A stretch of DNA of 64,000 bases, taken from positions 1 to 64,000 of the forward strand of contig ADNK01000090.1 in assembly GCA_000320545.1 (NCBI GenBank), read 5' to 3'. Shown in pieces: positions 23,355 to 37,168 of this stretch. Origin of the DNA: Bigelowiella natans CCMP2755. Taxonomy: Eukaryota > Protista > Cercozoa. The translations under genes were made by a program, and so were the position numbers. Below the pieces are notes generated by a model. That model ran no database searches. It saw only the letters and a list, made by a program, of their open reading frames with translations, and was not told the origin of the DNA. Every line of letters begins with the position of its first letter. Within the stretch, counting starts at the first letter, position 1.

Positions 23355-24429
23355 GAAAGTGTATGACTGAATCCTTCTCGCATGCATTATGATTTCCTTC
23401 AGGAGATGTTTCCAACAATGGGTGGGCCCGTTGCACCGTTTCTTGAGTGGCATTGATTGCAAAGCGTCAATAGATCAGCAGCCGTCAGATTCATTGCTGT
23501 CATACATTTCTGGTATTAATTAGACTGGATTTTAGTTGTGCGCATGCATGCACTTAATTTAAGACCTGGTGCAAATCCTCCCAAAAGGAGGCGTGCCCGC
23601 CATAGCACTACTAGATTAGTATTCAATGCCGGCGTAAGTCTAAAATGCTAGAATGTTATAATACAGTCATCGATCTAAAGGTCATGATATGCTATCTATT
23701 TCCAAATCGATCATGCACCGACCGTCTTGCAAAATTCAGTGTGTGGATGTGTTATTCTATAGATTATCTAGTTATGTGTGCACAAATACATGCAGTCAGC
23801 ATGCTAGCAAGCTTTAGATGCTCATGATGTGATGGTATAATGGTGCGCTGGCCCACGATAGGACGGCCTCTGTCCTAGGCTAAGTAGGGTCAAGCATTTA
23901 TGGCCGACGCAGACATACAGGGTGTAGGCAAGATCCCAAGATCAGCCGCCCATGCGTAGCGCATCTAGGCATGCTTGCGTGGCAGCGTTGCAGCGTGGCA
24001 GCGAGGCACAAGCAGATTGAGCATGATGGGGAGACACAACAATGGTGTGTGCGCAACTTGTGTGTGTGTGTGTGTGTGCTTATGCCACGTGGCTGCATGT
24101 AGCTAGTATGGACGGCCAAATTGTAATGAATGCATGAGCTTCTTCATTTTGTACCACTTGCATGCCTAGATGTGTACATGGAATCGGATTAGAATGTAAT
24201 GCGTCCGTCAATTGTATCAGCCTCGAGATTGCTGGAGTCTTCTCGCGCGCTGGTGCATGGAAACAAAGAAACGCAAGTGTAAAACCGTGATCGATCGTTT
24301 TAACCAACGATCCAGACAACACACGAACATTTTAATATTTGTCATTTTTTATGTTAACGTGTTCGGCGCGCATGCATGATAGCTTCGCGGTGCAATAAAA
24401 TCCTCATTTTCCTCCTAAAATCATCGATA

Positions 24430-25536
24430 CTAAGCTATTTCAAACTTGCATCCTGTCGTCTTCTCACTCTCTTCCCAAAGCGCCTTCTTGGCATTCTCTT
24501 CTTTGAGATACGGTTCAGGTGTCAGGAGAACAGGCGGCCCATACAGCTCCCCCATCCGATTTGGGCCTATGAATTCTCCTGACTTGGTGTCCTTTCCGGC
24601 AAGACCCTTGACAAAACCGAGAGAACCGTCCACAGGGCTCATCGCCATCCAGCCAAACACCCAGCCAAACCACCCCGGCATGGAATCCTTGCCCTGCTTC
24701 TGCGACCTCACCTGAAGGTTTGTCGACGAGAGTCCCGGGTGGGCTACTACAGCTTTGATCTTCCCCTTCAACTTTGATGATGCCTCGAGCCTGTCGTGCA
24801 GAGCGTAGGTGAACACGCAATTCGCCAGCTTGGACTGGTGATATCTCTCCCATCGAGGGCCCTTCTGCATGCTGGTTGGGTTATCATCGCCGCCCAGATT
24901 CCCGCCGTTTTTCCCGTAGAACTTGGTCTCGAGTGGCTTTCCCTTTCGCGCTAAGCTAGTCATGCTCACGATGCGAGCGTCGCCCCGTTTTTCGGCCGCA
25001 ATGGAGAGCGCTGGGAAGAGAAGAGAGGTGAGGAGGAAGTGTGAAAGGTGGTTGGTTTGCATCTGGACGTCGCAACCATCGCCAGTGGCATTGTCGGGAC
25101 AGGCCATGATGCCTGCGTTGAGTCCGAGACCGTCGAGCCCGTTCTCACCCGTGAGCTTCAACACGGCTTCTGCTGCTTCGCGGACAGACGAAAACGACTG
25201 GAGGTCACACTCGACGAAGTTGGCTTTGCAATCTTTCACTTCTTCTTGAAGCTTCTTCTCTGCCGCCTCGCTTCTAGAGGACTTCCTATTGAGTAGAATC
25301 AGCTGGGCACCCTTCGAGCCGAGGAGCTTTGCCATCGCGTAGCCGGTCCCAGAAGTTGTGCCCGTAATCGCGAAAACCTTACCTGCGAGGTCCGGGAGCT
25401 CCTTCTCGACAGCCGGGAGGTACACCGTCTTCACTTTCTTCCCATAGCTCGGACTTATCGCCTTCTCTTTCGACTCGGGTGCGGCCGCGGTGGAGCTGGC
25501 CTTGGCGCTGCTGCTGGTGCTGCTACTGCTGCCCAT
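24430..25536 (-). CDS. Short-chain dehydrogenase/reductase (RDH12/WWOX-like), intronless
   Basis: TGTTSGTG cofactor motif, LNAGIM, QMQTNHLSHFLLT, YHQSK (YxxxK), AHPGLSST. The ATG start MGSSSS is at 25536; the track ORF extends to 25602 from a non-ATG codon. Confidence 0.92.
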   Translation of the reverse strand: MGSSSSTSSSAKASSTAAAPESKEKAISPSYGKKVKTVYLPAVEKELPDLAGKVFAITGTTSGTGYAMAKLLGSKGAQLILLNRKSSRSEAAEKKLQEEVKDCKANFVECDLQSFSSVREAAEAVLKLTGENGLDGLGLNAGIMACPDNATGDGCDVQMQTNHLSHFLLTSLLFPALSIAAEKRGDARIVSMTSLARKGKPLETKFYGKNGGNLGGDDNPTSMQKGPRWERYHQSKLANCVFTYALHDRLEASSKLKGKIKAVVAHPGLSSTNLQVRSQKQGKDSMPGWFGWVFGWMAMSPVDGSLGFVKGLAGKDTKSGEFIGPNRMGELYGPPVLLTPEPYLKEENAKKALWEESEKTTGCKFEIA

Positions 25537-25899
25537 AGCTTCGATTGTGTTGTTGTACACGCGCTTGCTCGTGGTGGCTGTGGGTTCCGCGGAACGCAAC
25601 ACGTATGATGAACATTCAGGCCATTTTTACTGTGAGACTTGAATCCGTGCGGGTCTGCTTGCATAATACGAGTACCAGGTATCCGTATAAACCCTTTCTT
25701 TTAGTGCCGATTGTGGGCTAGAGATCCGTGCGACAATCCGAATAAGTATGTCGCAGGGAAATTGTCGCATGTTCTTTATTTCTAGGATGGTACTCGCATC
25801 TTGGAGCAAGCAAGGAAGGGCTGTGGTTGCTCAGCTCGGGCCGAGACTTTGTCGCCCACAACGACAGTTTTTCTTTTGACTTGAGTTGCCAAAGGCCAG

Positions 25900-26560
25900 A
25901 TTGCGAACCACCCGTGGTTTGGAATGCAACAGATGCGTACTTCTTTGCTAATTTTTGCATTGGGTGCCATGCATCGATCAGACAAAGGCAGAAGTGATGT
26001 TCTAGATGCTTTTGCACTGTGGATTTCGTTTGTGGCATGATGTGCGATGTGTCCATTGCAGCATGAACCATCGCGCAAATCAAGTGGCATCAGGTGTAGG
26101 CAGTGGAGGATCGACATGCCAGATGTGAAATGCAGCACGTTGAAACCGCGTCATCACTAGATCATGACCAAGCTAGCAAGTGGTCACTTTGCAGTCATGC
26201 ACACACATCCAGATTCAGCAGTCACGCCGTTCTGTAGACTGTGAATGATGGACATGCAACATGATGCATGCTGTGTCCATTGTGTGATCATGCATGCACT
26301 GCCTAGACTGTCAGCTCTAGAGCTTGATGAATTGTTAGCGCATCATTGATCCATGAACACGTCCGATCCAGACGTCGTCGAATGCATTCTGTGGCAAATC
26401 TGATTGTGATGGCAAACTGTAGCGTGCAGTCTGAATTGCGTGGGATGCAATGCAGATACCATTAGTCTCTATCCAGCTACATATTAAATTTGCATTGTGC
26501 GCGAAAACATCAATGTACAATGATCCATGGAGAACCGTAGTGGGGGTTACATGTGGCATG
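25900..26560. other. TpA-depleted, TG/CA-rich tract downstream of cpn20
   Basis: Few TA outside CTAG/GTAG in about 25950-26330; abundant catg, tgca, caca. Confidence 0.7.
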
Positions 26561-26732
26561 TGCCGACAAGTTCGTAGAGAGATGAATGTCAGATATGTAT
26601 ACTATAGGATTTTTACATTAGATTAATTTTGAGAATTGTGCAATGAGCTGCATTTGACACGCTGCGTAATGGCTTTCCGTATCGTATCACATTGATTTGA
26701 AGTCAAGCTAGAGAAACCACCAGATTCCCACC

Positions 26733-28313
26733 TTATGGAGTCAATTTGCAGAGCACGTCACCCTGAAAATAGGAATGTATATGTGTGTTAGTTTTTATAC
26801 TTCGGCTGCAATGGTCGCATTGGGTACCTCTCTGAGAACGACGTACACTTTCTCGTCCTCATCTTCGAGTTCATCTCCTGCATACTTGCTGTACAATACT
26901 ATGTCACCCTCCTTGATCGTCATCTTTAATCGCTCTCCATCCTTTATTTCTCCAGGCCCAGCCTGTGGGTGGAAATATCGGGAATCAGGATATTTTCTAG
27001 ACTAAATCATGACACTGAATGAACCACTTGATCCTCCCCTCCCACATTGATTAGCTTTTCAAAATTATTCTATGAGACCTTCACAACGACTCCACAAGCC
27101 GGCTTTTCCTGATCGGCATCACCCAAGAAGACTCCTGTATTCATTCGCAATATGAGTTCTATTACTCAGTGACCCGGCTGCATGTAGATATTACTCCAAA
27201 ACATACTTTCCCATCTAATCTCACCTCCGGTCGTTGACTCTTCAACTTCGTCAGCTTTAACGAGGATGAAGTTCTGCAAGGGTTCAAAATCATCGAGCTC
27301 ATAGTCGTCCGCATTTGGCAACCTGATTGAATTGTAAAACATATAATCTTTTATTTGATCCGAATTCGGAGCAAGAAGCTGACGGCTTTGTCATGAAGAA
27401 TAATCACTGTGGGACTCACAACTATTGTTATTTCAGTAGCTTTTGATTTGTACTACTTCGTTTACGTTTGACAATTTTCTTTCTTACTCTAACCACCCAA
27501 AAAAAGGCATGTACCTCCCTGCCAAGTCTGAATACTTGATGAGTGCAACATTTTCGCCTGTTTTCTCGAGTTCCAATTCTCGTATTCCGGTAGTACCGAA
27601 CCTCGTGTACAATACGACATCGCCTTTTTTCACCTCAAAATCGATTGAGCTCCCGTCATCAGTACGACCACTTCCGACATCGACAATCTGATTTTTGAGA
27701 GGGTGATGGCAGTAATGGTGATGATGACAATGGTGATTCGATTATAAGCATGATTCGCTACAATTGATGTTGATTGCGTTCACGATGGTGAAGACGGCTG
27801 GGGAGAAAAAAGGGTACTGCATTGCTACAACTTTTTGGTCTTATCATATAATATATCTGTGCTACACAATAGTAATTGGCGAAAAGAAGTCAATGCTGAT
27901 TGCCAAAATCAACTTACAGTGGCAAGATTAGGTTTGCTCTTGAGGGACTCGGGCAGCCAGATACCCCCCTCTGCAAAATCCTCTTCCTCTTCAAACTTGG
28001 CCAACACAAAGTCCCCGGTGGGTACAATAGCAGAGTAATTCTTTGGAATCAAACTAATTCCAGCCTTTGCATTTGCTCGCAGACCTGCAAGCGTCATCTT
28101 TCTGGTGCTGCACGGGCCGAGGGTAGGGGGGACTTTGTGTGTTGACCGCTGTGCTAATCTCGTTGAAATCGGCAAGCTCACCGTGGCAGCTGACTCGCTT
28201 GCACGATAGATGTATACAATAGAAAGAGAAAGACAACCAATTATTGTTATAGCTGTGGCTGTGAGCCGTTCCCTCTTGGACGAGAGCCTGCGAGAGAGGG
28301 GGGGGGCATCCAT
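26733..28313 (-). CDS. CPN20: Plastid co-chaperonin 20 (tandem GroES domains) with a bipartite-like leader, multi-exon
   Basis: Hydrophobic leader TAITIIGCLSLSIVYIY followed by an R/S/T-rich region. Domain 1: IVPTGDFVLAK...GGIWLPE...VKKGDVVLYTRFG. Domain 2: FEPLQNFILVK...AGPG...IKEGDIVLYSKYAGDE...VLRE|GDVLCKLTP*. Confidence 0.9.
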
Positions 28314-28759
28314 TCTTCTCAGCCAATGCGCGGTCGCAAACGGATGTGATTTTTGGCTGAAATTTCCGTAAATTACAGGCAAATTGAACAGGGGGTACTG
28401 GGTTGTCGCAGTTTCATTTTCACCTGTAGTCCTTAGTTTTTGACACTTTCAAATAATACCAATGAATTATCCCCATGCGACAAGGAAGTGGGTTCTAAAT
28501 ACGAGAGAATCTTCGATTAGGTTTCGGCTTCTCATGGTTGTGAACGTGTGGCTAACATCGACCGAGACAATGTTGTAGGATGTTTCCGGGGTTCATTTCC
28601 CCCTAACCCGAGATCCTCCAGAAGCTTTCGACGCGTTTTACGAAACTCTGTTAGAAGAAAATAAGATGAAAATACCCCTAATATTACCTAGAATTCTTGA
28701 GTGATTTATATCGACCCAAAACTGTCGCTCCCCGATAAGCTTGGCTGCCCCATCGCGCG

Positions 28760-31308
28760 ATGGTGGAGCCCGGCCGCACCTTGACCAGTCGAAAGCCGTT
28801 GTTATTATCGAGCTTTTCATTGTGTCTCATCGTCCTCGCCTTGACTGTAGTGAGATACGCCGTCCCCCAAGGCACTCTAGGTTTGTATGTCCTGTGTGCG
28901 GAACATAGTTTCGCGTTGCTGAAAAACTCCTTCACGCCGCACGGGTATTCACAGGTGCTGGTGCAATTGCAGGGCGTATAACCGCTTCCATTCGTGATCC
29001 ACTACGAATATTCGGAGAGACAACGACGCTTGGGCGTTCGGGGATCACGACAGCGTTCGCGACCACTCAGATGCGTCTCTTGCAACGGAGGTAGCGACGA
29101 GCACGTTTGTTTCGTGAAACCCGTCCCTTCCATGGTATGTCTGATACGCTGTCCGCCTCTTTTCTTGTTTTGGATACGCAACAGTAATAAGCTCTCAACG
29201 AGACAACGAGGACGTCGAATGGTATAGAGCATTGTCATCATCATCCTGATCAGCATCGTTAGTTAGCATATCGGCGCTCATCATCACCATTATTGTTTAT
29301 CGGTGTCATCATCATCATCATCATCATCATTATCCAAATGTAAGATAACGTACTAGAGACACTTATGCATTTGAATGATGGAACAAAATCGCCTTGAGTT
29401 CACTTAATTCTGAGTCATACAGCGCTGTAGCCCGCTGGATGATACGCATCTAAGATTATTCGAGTGGCGTCGTACTTACTTTCGGATTGTCTCCTCAGGG
29501 CTTGAGGCCGGCCTATTCTTCATCGTCTTACACAGTAGAAGAGCTACCAGACGGCTCAAGAATCTATCGATTCGACGGCAATTCAGTCCAAAACGAGCGT
29601 GTCAAGGTGGGCCATCAGCGTTCCCGGCAGCAACAGCAAAGCTTATCAGACAGCAGGCAATCTGCACCCAAGCCGTCACCGCCCTCGCGCGCTCCGTCGA
29701 AAACTGTAGCAACTGTGGGAGCGGAGGCCACCACAAATATGCGGGAAGACCTACGCAATGAAGAAAATGGCGAGGGCCTTGGCACGAAGAGAGGCGCACC
29801 GGAATCCGATGCAGAGGACGCTATGATGTATAGATTTCAGCCTCAGTCGGGATTTGAAACCCCACTTGAAGCTACTCCAGTGATAGGGAAGAGCGGACGG
29901 AAGAAGAGCCCCGGTATACAATCAACCCATCCCCCCCCCCTTTAGAAAACAGGAAACCGTAGCAACAAAAGCTCCACCGATGATCTCGAATTAAAAAAAA
30001 CACCGGACTAAGAACAGTTTTATTTTTTATGTACATATCTTTCAAGAGGAAAAGTGTAAAGTCCCTCCCCTCCTCCCCCCCTCCACCCTCTAACAGTTCG
30101 GTCATGTCCACAAAGTGCAATATTAACCCTGATCAACCATTTCTGTATCTCCCCCCACCCCCCTCTCTCTCTTGCACTTGCATCCTCCCCCTTCGCAGAT
30201 AGTGACGAGCAAGAGGTCTCAGACAGTGAAGCTACTCCGCCAGCGGCAGCTATCGCAGGCGTTCAGTCCGCTGGAAACGCTGAGGTAGCAGATGCAGCGG
30301 CAACGAGAATATAACAACAACAACGACAACAACAACAACGAAGATTACTACTTTTCCTCATGTTTACGGATTAAAAGACTCATGATGGCGGGTTCCATTC
30401 CCCCCATCCCCCCCACCCCCCCCTCTCCCTCCAAACCTCTCCTTAGGCGTTTCGGAAGACCGTTTTAGATTGGCTCCAAGGTAAGTGTGTAAAAAGTATT
30501 ACAACGACAGATTTTCTTTCCTTCAGAGCTGCCGCTGTGTCTACTCTAGACAAAGCATGTATTGTAATGTAAATGAGGGCCTTGCCCCGCTCCCCCCCCC
30601 CCCCCCTCTCCACACACCCAACTCGTTCCTTCGTCCTTCTCCACTGTTTCATCACAGAACGGATCGATAACATTGAGGATGAGAACCCGACGGGCGCGTT
30701 TGCAGCACGAACTGTGAGTGCGACATGTATGCATGCAAGAGTAGAACGGAGTGATTGATGGAAACGGGCTACGACGCGATGGGCTTTGCTGTTTTACGAT
30801 CGATACAGAAACAACCTCCTGCATTGAGTCGTACAGAGTGGAAATATGGCAGAGATTTTATCATTTTCCTATTTGCAAAAGAAAGCGACTCATTTTTAAG
30901 ATTTGCTAGCGCGCAATCTCGCCACTCCGTGGTTTTTCTTCTTGCTATTCTTATTGTTCTCCTACCCTTTTCCCCGCCCTCCCTTCCTCCATCCCTCCCT
31001 CTGCTTCTCCCTCTTCGAGGTGCTCAAATGGGCGACTAGTCCGGAGGAGGTAGACCAAGGAATAACTGAGAGTGTTTAGCTATTATTACAACTACTGTAT
31101 GAATGAATACTGATGACGATGATGGTGACGACGACGATGGTGGTGGTGACGATGGTTATAATGATAATAATGCTGCTGCCTATAGAGGTTTCTGGAGGCC
31201 ATCTACAAATGCATACAGTCATTGATTGCGTCTGGTTGTTGTTCTTAGGTCATCCGAGCCGCCCAGGGCGTCATAGACAAGGCAAAAATAATAATACACG
31301 TGCCAACA

Positions 31309-31353
<45 letters not shown>

Positions 31354-31715
31354 ATTATGTGAGTGTGTGCGTGTGTGTGTGTGTGTGTGTGCGCGCACCC
31401 TCCCAAGTGGGAGGAGGTTGAGGAATTACTGTCGCCCTGGCTTCAGCCCTTCCCCGCCCCATTGGAAAGTGTCAGGTTCGAAGCGATAGCTATACTATCC
31501 ACATGCGTCGGAGAGGGGAGGAGGGGGGGGGGGGCAACATCCTCCGACATCGAAGGACAAGATTCTTAGAGTTCATGATTACATAAATGCTACTGGTAGG
31601 AGCCCAACAGATCTCGCAGGGCCAGATTCGAGATTCGTCCGCGTTTTGGGATTGAAACTTCACTACATCCAGGCCTTTCCGCGCACTGCTGCATCTAGGT
31701 TGGATGACCTGTACG

Positions 31716-31795
<80 letters not shown>

Positions 31796-32202
31796 GGGGG
31801 TAGGGGGGTAGAGGGAGAAGACATTTCGAGTCTCTTCCTACAATTCAGATTTCCCCCCACGACTTGCTCACTGATGGTGTGTTCGTTTCCCACAAACCCG
31901 CTGCGATCGCAGGCCTAAAGCTCCAACCCTGGTGCTGATGCATGGGTCGTCTCACTCTGCGCACAACCCACACCGTGCTTGAAACAACGAAAACCACGCG
32001 CGCCACACAATAAGCAACACAGTAGACATAACGAAGGGCAAGGCCGCCTTTAAGAGCCTGTGAGCGCCATTCGTAAAGCCTCCTCTGGGGCGGCGTGGCT
32101 TAGAACAGGAAAACCGTGCATGTTTACTGTGCTTCATCAATTCTTTCGGGGTGGTTGCTGCTCAAATCCGACATTGCAACGCCACTTCCCCCCTCCTCCC
32201 CT

Positions 32203-32248
<46 letters not shown>

Positions 32249-32349
32249 CTGACGTATTATTTTTCGGTTGTTGTCCAGGTTCAATGGGTGCACATTCAGC
32301 TGGCGGCATGTGATGCAGGAACTCGGTCTCTCTCCCCCCCTCTCTCTCC

Positions 32350-32406
<57 letters not shown>

Positions 32407-32738
32407 TTTGCTAGTACCGATCATCTAAGCAAGATGAACGCGATGATGATACGAGAAATGCTGTTCCCCCCCCCTCTGATTATTTTCTTCATTCCACCAC
32501 GGTTCTTGATGAGAGCGTACGCTTCTTCTCTACTCAGCTGATGCCGTTGGGGGCAGAGTCATCGCGTTTGACAGGCCTCCATTCGGTCTTTCCGAGCGCC
32601 CAACGCAATGGAACGGGTACTTTATTTTTCTTAAAAAAAAAAAAAGTCGCTTCGTTGTTGCCCTTATTGGGACGGTAGAGAAGTAGGCTGTTTGCCTAGA
32701 ACGTCGTAGCAATAGGAAGCGGGATCATAGAGTGTGTG

Positions 32739-32804
<66 letters not shown>

Positions 32805-33095
32805 TGTGATTATGCGAGAGAAAGGGGTACGAAACTTGTGAGTCTTATGTTGATTGTGTTATCGTCGATAGTAACATCATCACCATCATATCATCACCAC
32901 CACCATCATCATCATCATCATTATCTTCTTCATCATTAATTGTCATTATCATCATCGTTATCATCATAATTTCAGTGGGATCGAAAACAGTCCTTACTCT
33001 GCTGCGGCTGGGGTAAGGCAACATGCACTCGTATGCGTGAAGAGATGTAGAAATCGATACAACTTTCCAACACACACACACACACACACACACAC

Positions 33096-33138
<43 letters not shown>

Positions 33139-33466
33139 TAATCCTCCGCCCCCACCCCCACTCCCTCTCTCCTTCTTCTCTAGGTAAATCTTACGACTGC
33201 TCTCACAAGAGCTTTGGGCCTTGGAAAGTAGTATCAATGCGAGCAGACAAGCTCATTATATTCATTATACGAAACCTGAAGCCAGTCCTTCCTTTTTGTT
33301 ACAGATACGTGCTCGTAGGGCACAGTGCGGGAGCTCCGATCGCAGCAACTGCGGCCACTCAATCTGATAGATGCCAAGGTTTCTTTCATCACATATGTTC
33401 GCATCATGCGTACTACGATGTATATGCGCCAAGGAAATGCCTTGATATGTATGTATTACTCTCTCT

Positions 33467-33518
<52 letters not shown>

Positions 33519-34192
33519 CTCTTTCGCACTCGTCCGAATGCTACCTCAGGGCTAGTCCTCGTCGCACCTGCGGTGTCATTGCCGAAGGATTGGGATAAGA
33601 AGAAGGACGCGGACGGCTCGTCGTCGTTGTCTTCAACCGATGGTAATGTAATGATGGTGCTTGTGATGTGTGTGTGTGTGTGTGCGTGGCGTTTATTACG
33701 CTCTTACTACTGCTCAGTTGCACTATGATGATAACGGTATTGTCTGCTAGTATTTACTCTTTTGGGTACGGCGTCTTTAAACAACAAAACAACGTCGGCT
33801 AGAACTTTTCTTAACCCCCTCCCCCCCTTTCCTCCCTTCTCCGCCCCTTCAGATCGCGGTAATTCATCGAAGCAGTGGCCTGTGCCCGTCGATAACTTCA
33901 ACACCATCCTGCGTATCGCTTATACAGGAGCTGTTATCAGGGTGCGATCTCTTTAAGACGAAATCATATTTGTCGTTTCTAAATGTTCTCCTTTGCCCCC
34001 CCTCCTCCTCCTTCCCCTTCCTTCCCGTCCTTGCATCTGAAGGTACCTGGGGTGGGGATTAGCTATGTTCGTGCCTCCACCGAGAAGCAAGCGAAGGAGC
34101 TGCGAGAAAAGGGTAGAAGTTGGCATTGCCAGATCTAACAATACAGCAGCGTGTGTTTCCTGTGTGTGCCCTGGCCTTGTTATATGTAAGCA

Positions 34193-34233
<41 letters not shown>

Positions 34234-35769
34234 TCATGTAGAAAGGCCACTTGCTTCTTCTACTGACTAGTGCTGCTCCTCCTCCCCTCCCTCCCCCCCC
34301 CTCTTCATGTTCATCCTCTTCCCACGCCTACCGCCTCTGCCTTGCGTAGGGGTCGATTACCCGTGCCCTTACGACGACTCACCGATCACAGTCGCCGAGG
34401 GCTACCTGAAGCCGCTCGATTCCTCTAACTGGTTGCTCGAGCACACGAGACTTTCCGAGCATAAGAAGAGATGATGATGATGACGATGATGATAATGATG
34501 GTGATGATGTGAAAGAAGAGGAGGAGGAGAAGGAAGAAGAAGAAGAAGAAGAAGAAGGGAACAACTCTCTCACCTCGCATAATACTACAGGGATGTTGGC
34601 GTTCTGGAGCACTACAAGGCGTTGCTGAATGAAGGTCAGTGCGCGCGCACGGAATTGTGACGATATTAAGAAAACAGCATTGAGGACTTAAACAGACACC
34701 CCTGCTTATTGATTAACGATAACAGGGGGGCTACTTGCTCCTGGACCGTCGCGCGAGGAGCTTCCAAAGAAAGTACTTATCATCCAGGTAATTACGATGC
34801 TCAGATGGCATGGTGATTGAAGCAGAGGAAGAGCATTGTTGTCTCGCGCTAGAGGAGGGGGGGGGGAGAGGGGGAGGGGGTAAAGGGATACTCAGGCGAT
34901 GATATTCTTGTTTTCCTGCGTATGTTCATCGCACAGGGAGAGACAGACCCAACGGTTCCTGCGTGGGTAATGAAATTGAGGGAGTAGAGAAAGACTCGAG
35001 CGGGGGGGAGGAGGAGAATGGCGATCGACACTTGGAGATGTTTCCCACGATAGATATTTGGACGTTATGGCTTTCAACATGCGAAAGCATACCTCTTCCA
35101 TCAACCAGATGAGAATCACGAACAGCCCCTTCCCTCCTCCCCCCTCCCACACTAGACAAAGACGATTCTGAGAGAGACTTTCCCTTCTAAGAATCTTGAC
35201 TCACTCCTCGTCTGTTTTTCATTTTGATATTAGGTGGCAAGAGCATATGCAGATGCGCAGGTATTCCACCATCCAATTCTAGTTCCCAATGTTTGAGATT
35301 CTGTTCTCGCTCTTTCCTTCTTTAATCAACACTAGTCGAATCTTCACTCTTGTTGTGAATTTGACGGATATTGACGAGCCATTTCCGAAAATCATCACGG
35401 ATCTTCACGATTCTATGGTGTATTTATTGCGTATCAAATTTTTGCACGGAAGAGGTGTGTTTCCGCTGTCGGCTCTGACAGTCGCCTATCTACCTATTAT
35501 TTTAGGGAGGATTTGACAATGGAATGATTTATGAAGAGTATAAAAGTGAGCCGCAAGTAGAGGCACGCCGAATGACGATATGAGTTCTGCAAATGCCGCA
35601 CGCGTGACGTTACATGATGCAGTTTCTCCTCTTTTTGTAAATTTTGCGTAATACGTCGCCACAAAATTGATCTGGGCAACTTCTACTCACAGACATAGGA
35701 CATCTACCGATGGAGCAAGCTCCTGCAGAATTTGTCAAGTCTATTAAACAATACTGCGATGGGATTTAG
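28760..35769 (+). CDS. Alpha/beta-hydrolase fold protein with an N-terminal signal/transit-like leader, many exons
   Basis: Exons DSRFVRVLGLKLHYIQ, PTLVLMHG|FNGCTFSWRHVMQ, RVIAFDRPPFGLSERP, VLVGHSAGA (nucleophile elbow), GLVLVAPAV, KVLIIQ, IGHLPMEQAPAEFVKSIKQYCDGI*. Confidence 0.85.
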
Positions 35770-35849
35770 GCCCTTTCGTCACAATCGTAGCATTCGCTCA
35801 CATGCGAGAAGTTAAAAGCAGCGATTAGTTTGGCAAAATATGTGATGTG

Positions 35850-37010
35850 TACAGATCTAGAGATGTCACAAGTGATGACACCCATTGAAGACTTGGAGTA
35901 CCTCGATGTGAGGAACGAAACAGTCGTTGGCCCGCCTAAAATTCTCATGCAACAATGGCATGCACTCACAAATGGGACACAAATGCAGACTCTGTGACAC
36001 ACACACACACACACACACACATGCATGCATGCATGCATGCATGTTCATTCACATGTGCACGTGTCACGCATTGCAAGTGCGATGTGCTTACTGAGTTCAT
36101 GCATCGCAGACTTGTCAACTTGGCTCTTGAGAAACACAGACCTCCAAGCCATGCAATGGCCATCGACATCACTGGCGGTGAACATTGTCATGATGCCACT
36201 GAAGACACACGTGCAATGTGTGCACACAATTCATGCATGCATGCACACACATGTGCATCATGTGCATGTGCAGTGCATGTGTTCACACAACATGCATGAT
36301 GTGTTTTGTCCATTCCAGCATTGCTGCCTCAATTTCCAATTTGCTGTCTAGCCGTGCTTCTGTCTAGCCATGTGATCGACATGACGGACTGCAGTTTGCT
36401 GGATACGATGATGGAATTTCTGTGCAACCTGTCCACACGTCGCCTGCTGATGACCCAGTGATGCGCGAGCACATGCGTTCGCTGCGATGCAGCAATGCAG
36501 AGTCGTCATGGCACACTGGTCGGCACGTTCAGACGACACATGCAAGCTTCCTTGCTAGCTTGGTCCACAAAACTTTGCATGCCAAATGCAGCATGGCTAG
36601 ATGGCCAAGATCAAACTGTGTCAATGAGTCACCAGCTCGTGTGTGCAAGTGTCTCGATCAAAGTGCGTTTGAAAGGAAACACACACGTTGACAAGGCTTT
36701 GCGCACCTGCAGCAGCGCGCGCTGCTGCGTGTACCACCTAGCAAACAAAGCCTCAACGATCTCTTGCGTGCCCTGCAGTCACCAGCGAGGCGAGAGTCAC
36801 AGATTTGATGTTGTTGGTGCGATGAGCATCGTCCAATGGCAGACTTGCTTCACGCCAATGCACGTGACATGAGTGAATGAAGGAATGAAAAGTGGCAATG
36901 TGCAAGTGAGAACAATGAGAACAATGATGAAAAACTGCATTTCCAAAGTGTGATGAGACACTTGCAATCACAACATGCGAAATGCAGTGCCTCGAACTGG
37001 CTCCAGTGAG
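35850..37010. other. TpA-depleted, TG/CA-rich tract downstream of the hydrolase gene
   Basis: One TA counted in 35940-36347; contains (AC)n(ATGC)n. Confidence 0.85.
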
Positions 37011-37168
37011 CATCTCACGCTGCCTCCTTCCCGTTTCGGTTTAGTTCGAAGGAAATCCGTGAAATGGCATCGAATTCCAATATTTTATACGAAGATTTCA
37101 TGTCGTACTTATTAAACAGAACTAGCATTCTTGTGACACGTCGACGCCCATGATGAATACATGAATGG

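Noticed and set aside
35850-37010. Ordinary 5mCpG decay or fungal RIP as the cause of the TG/CA-rich tracts
   Set aside because: CG remains common while TA is missing, and RIP would increase TA. The tRNA and inverted-repeat differences point to a TA ancestor. A minor CpG contribution is not excluded.
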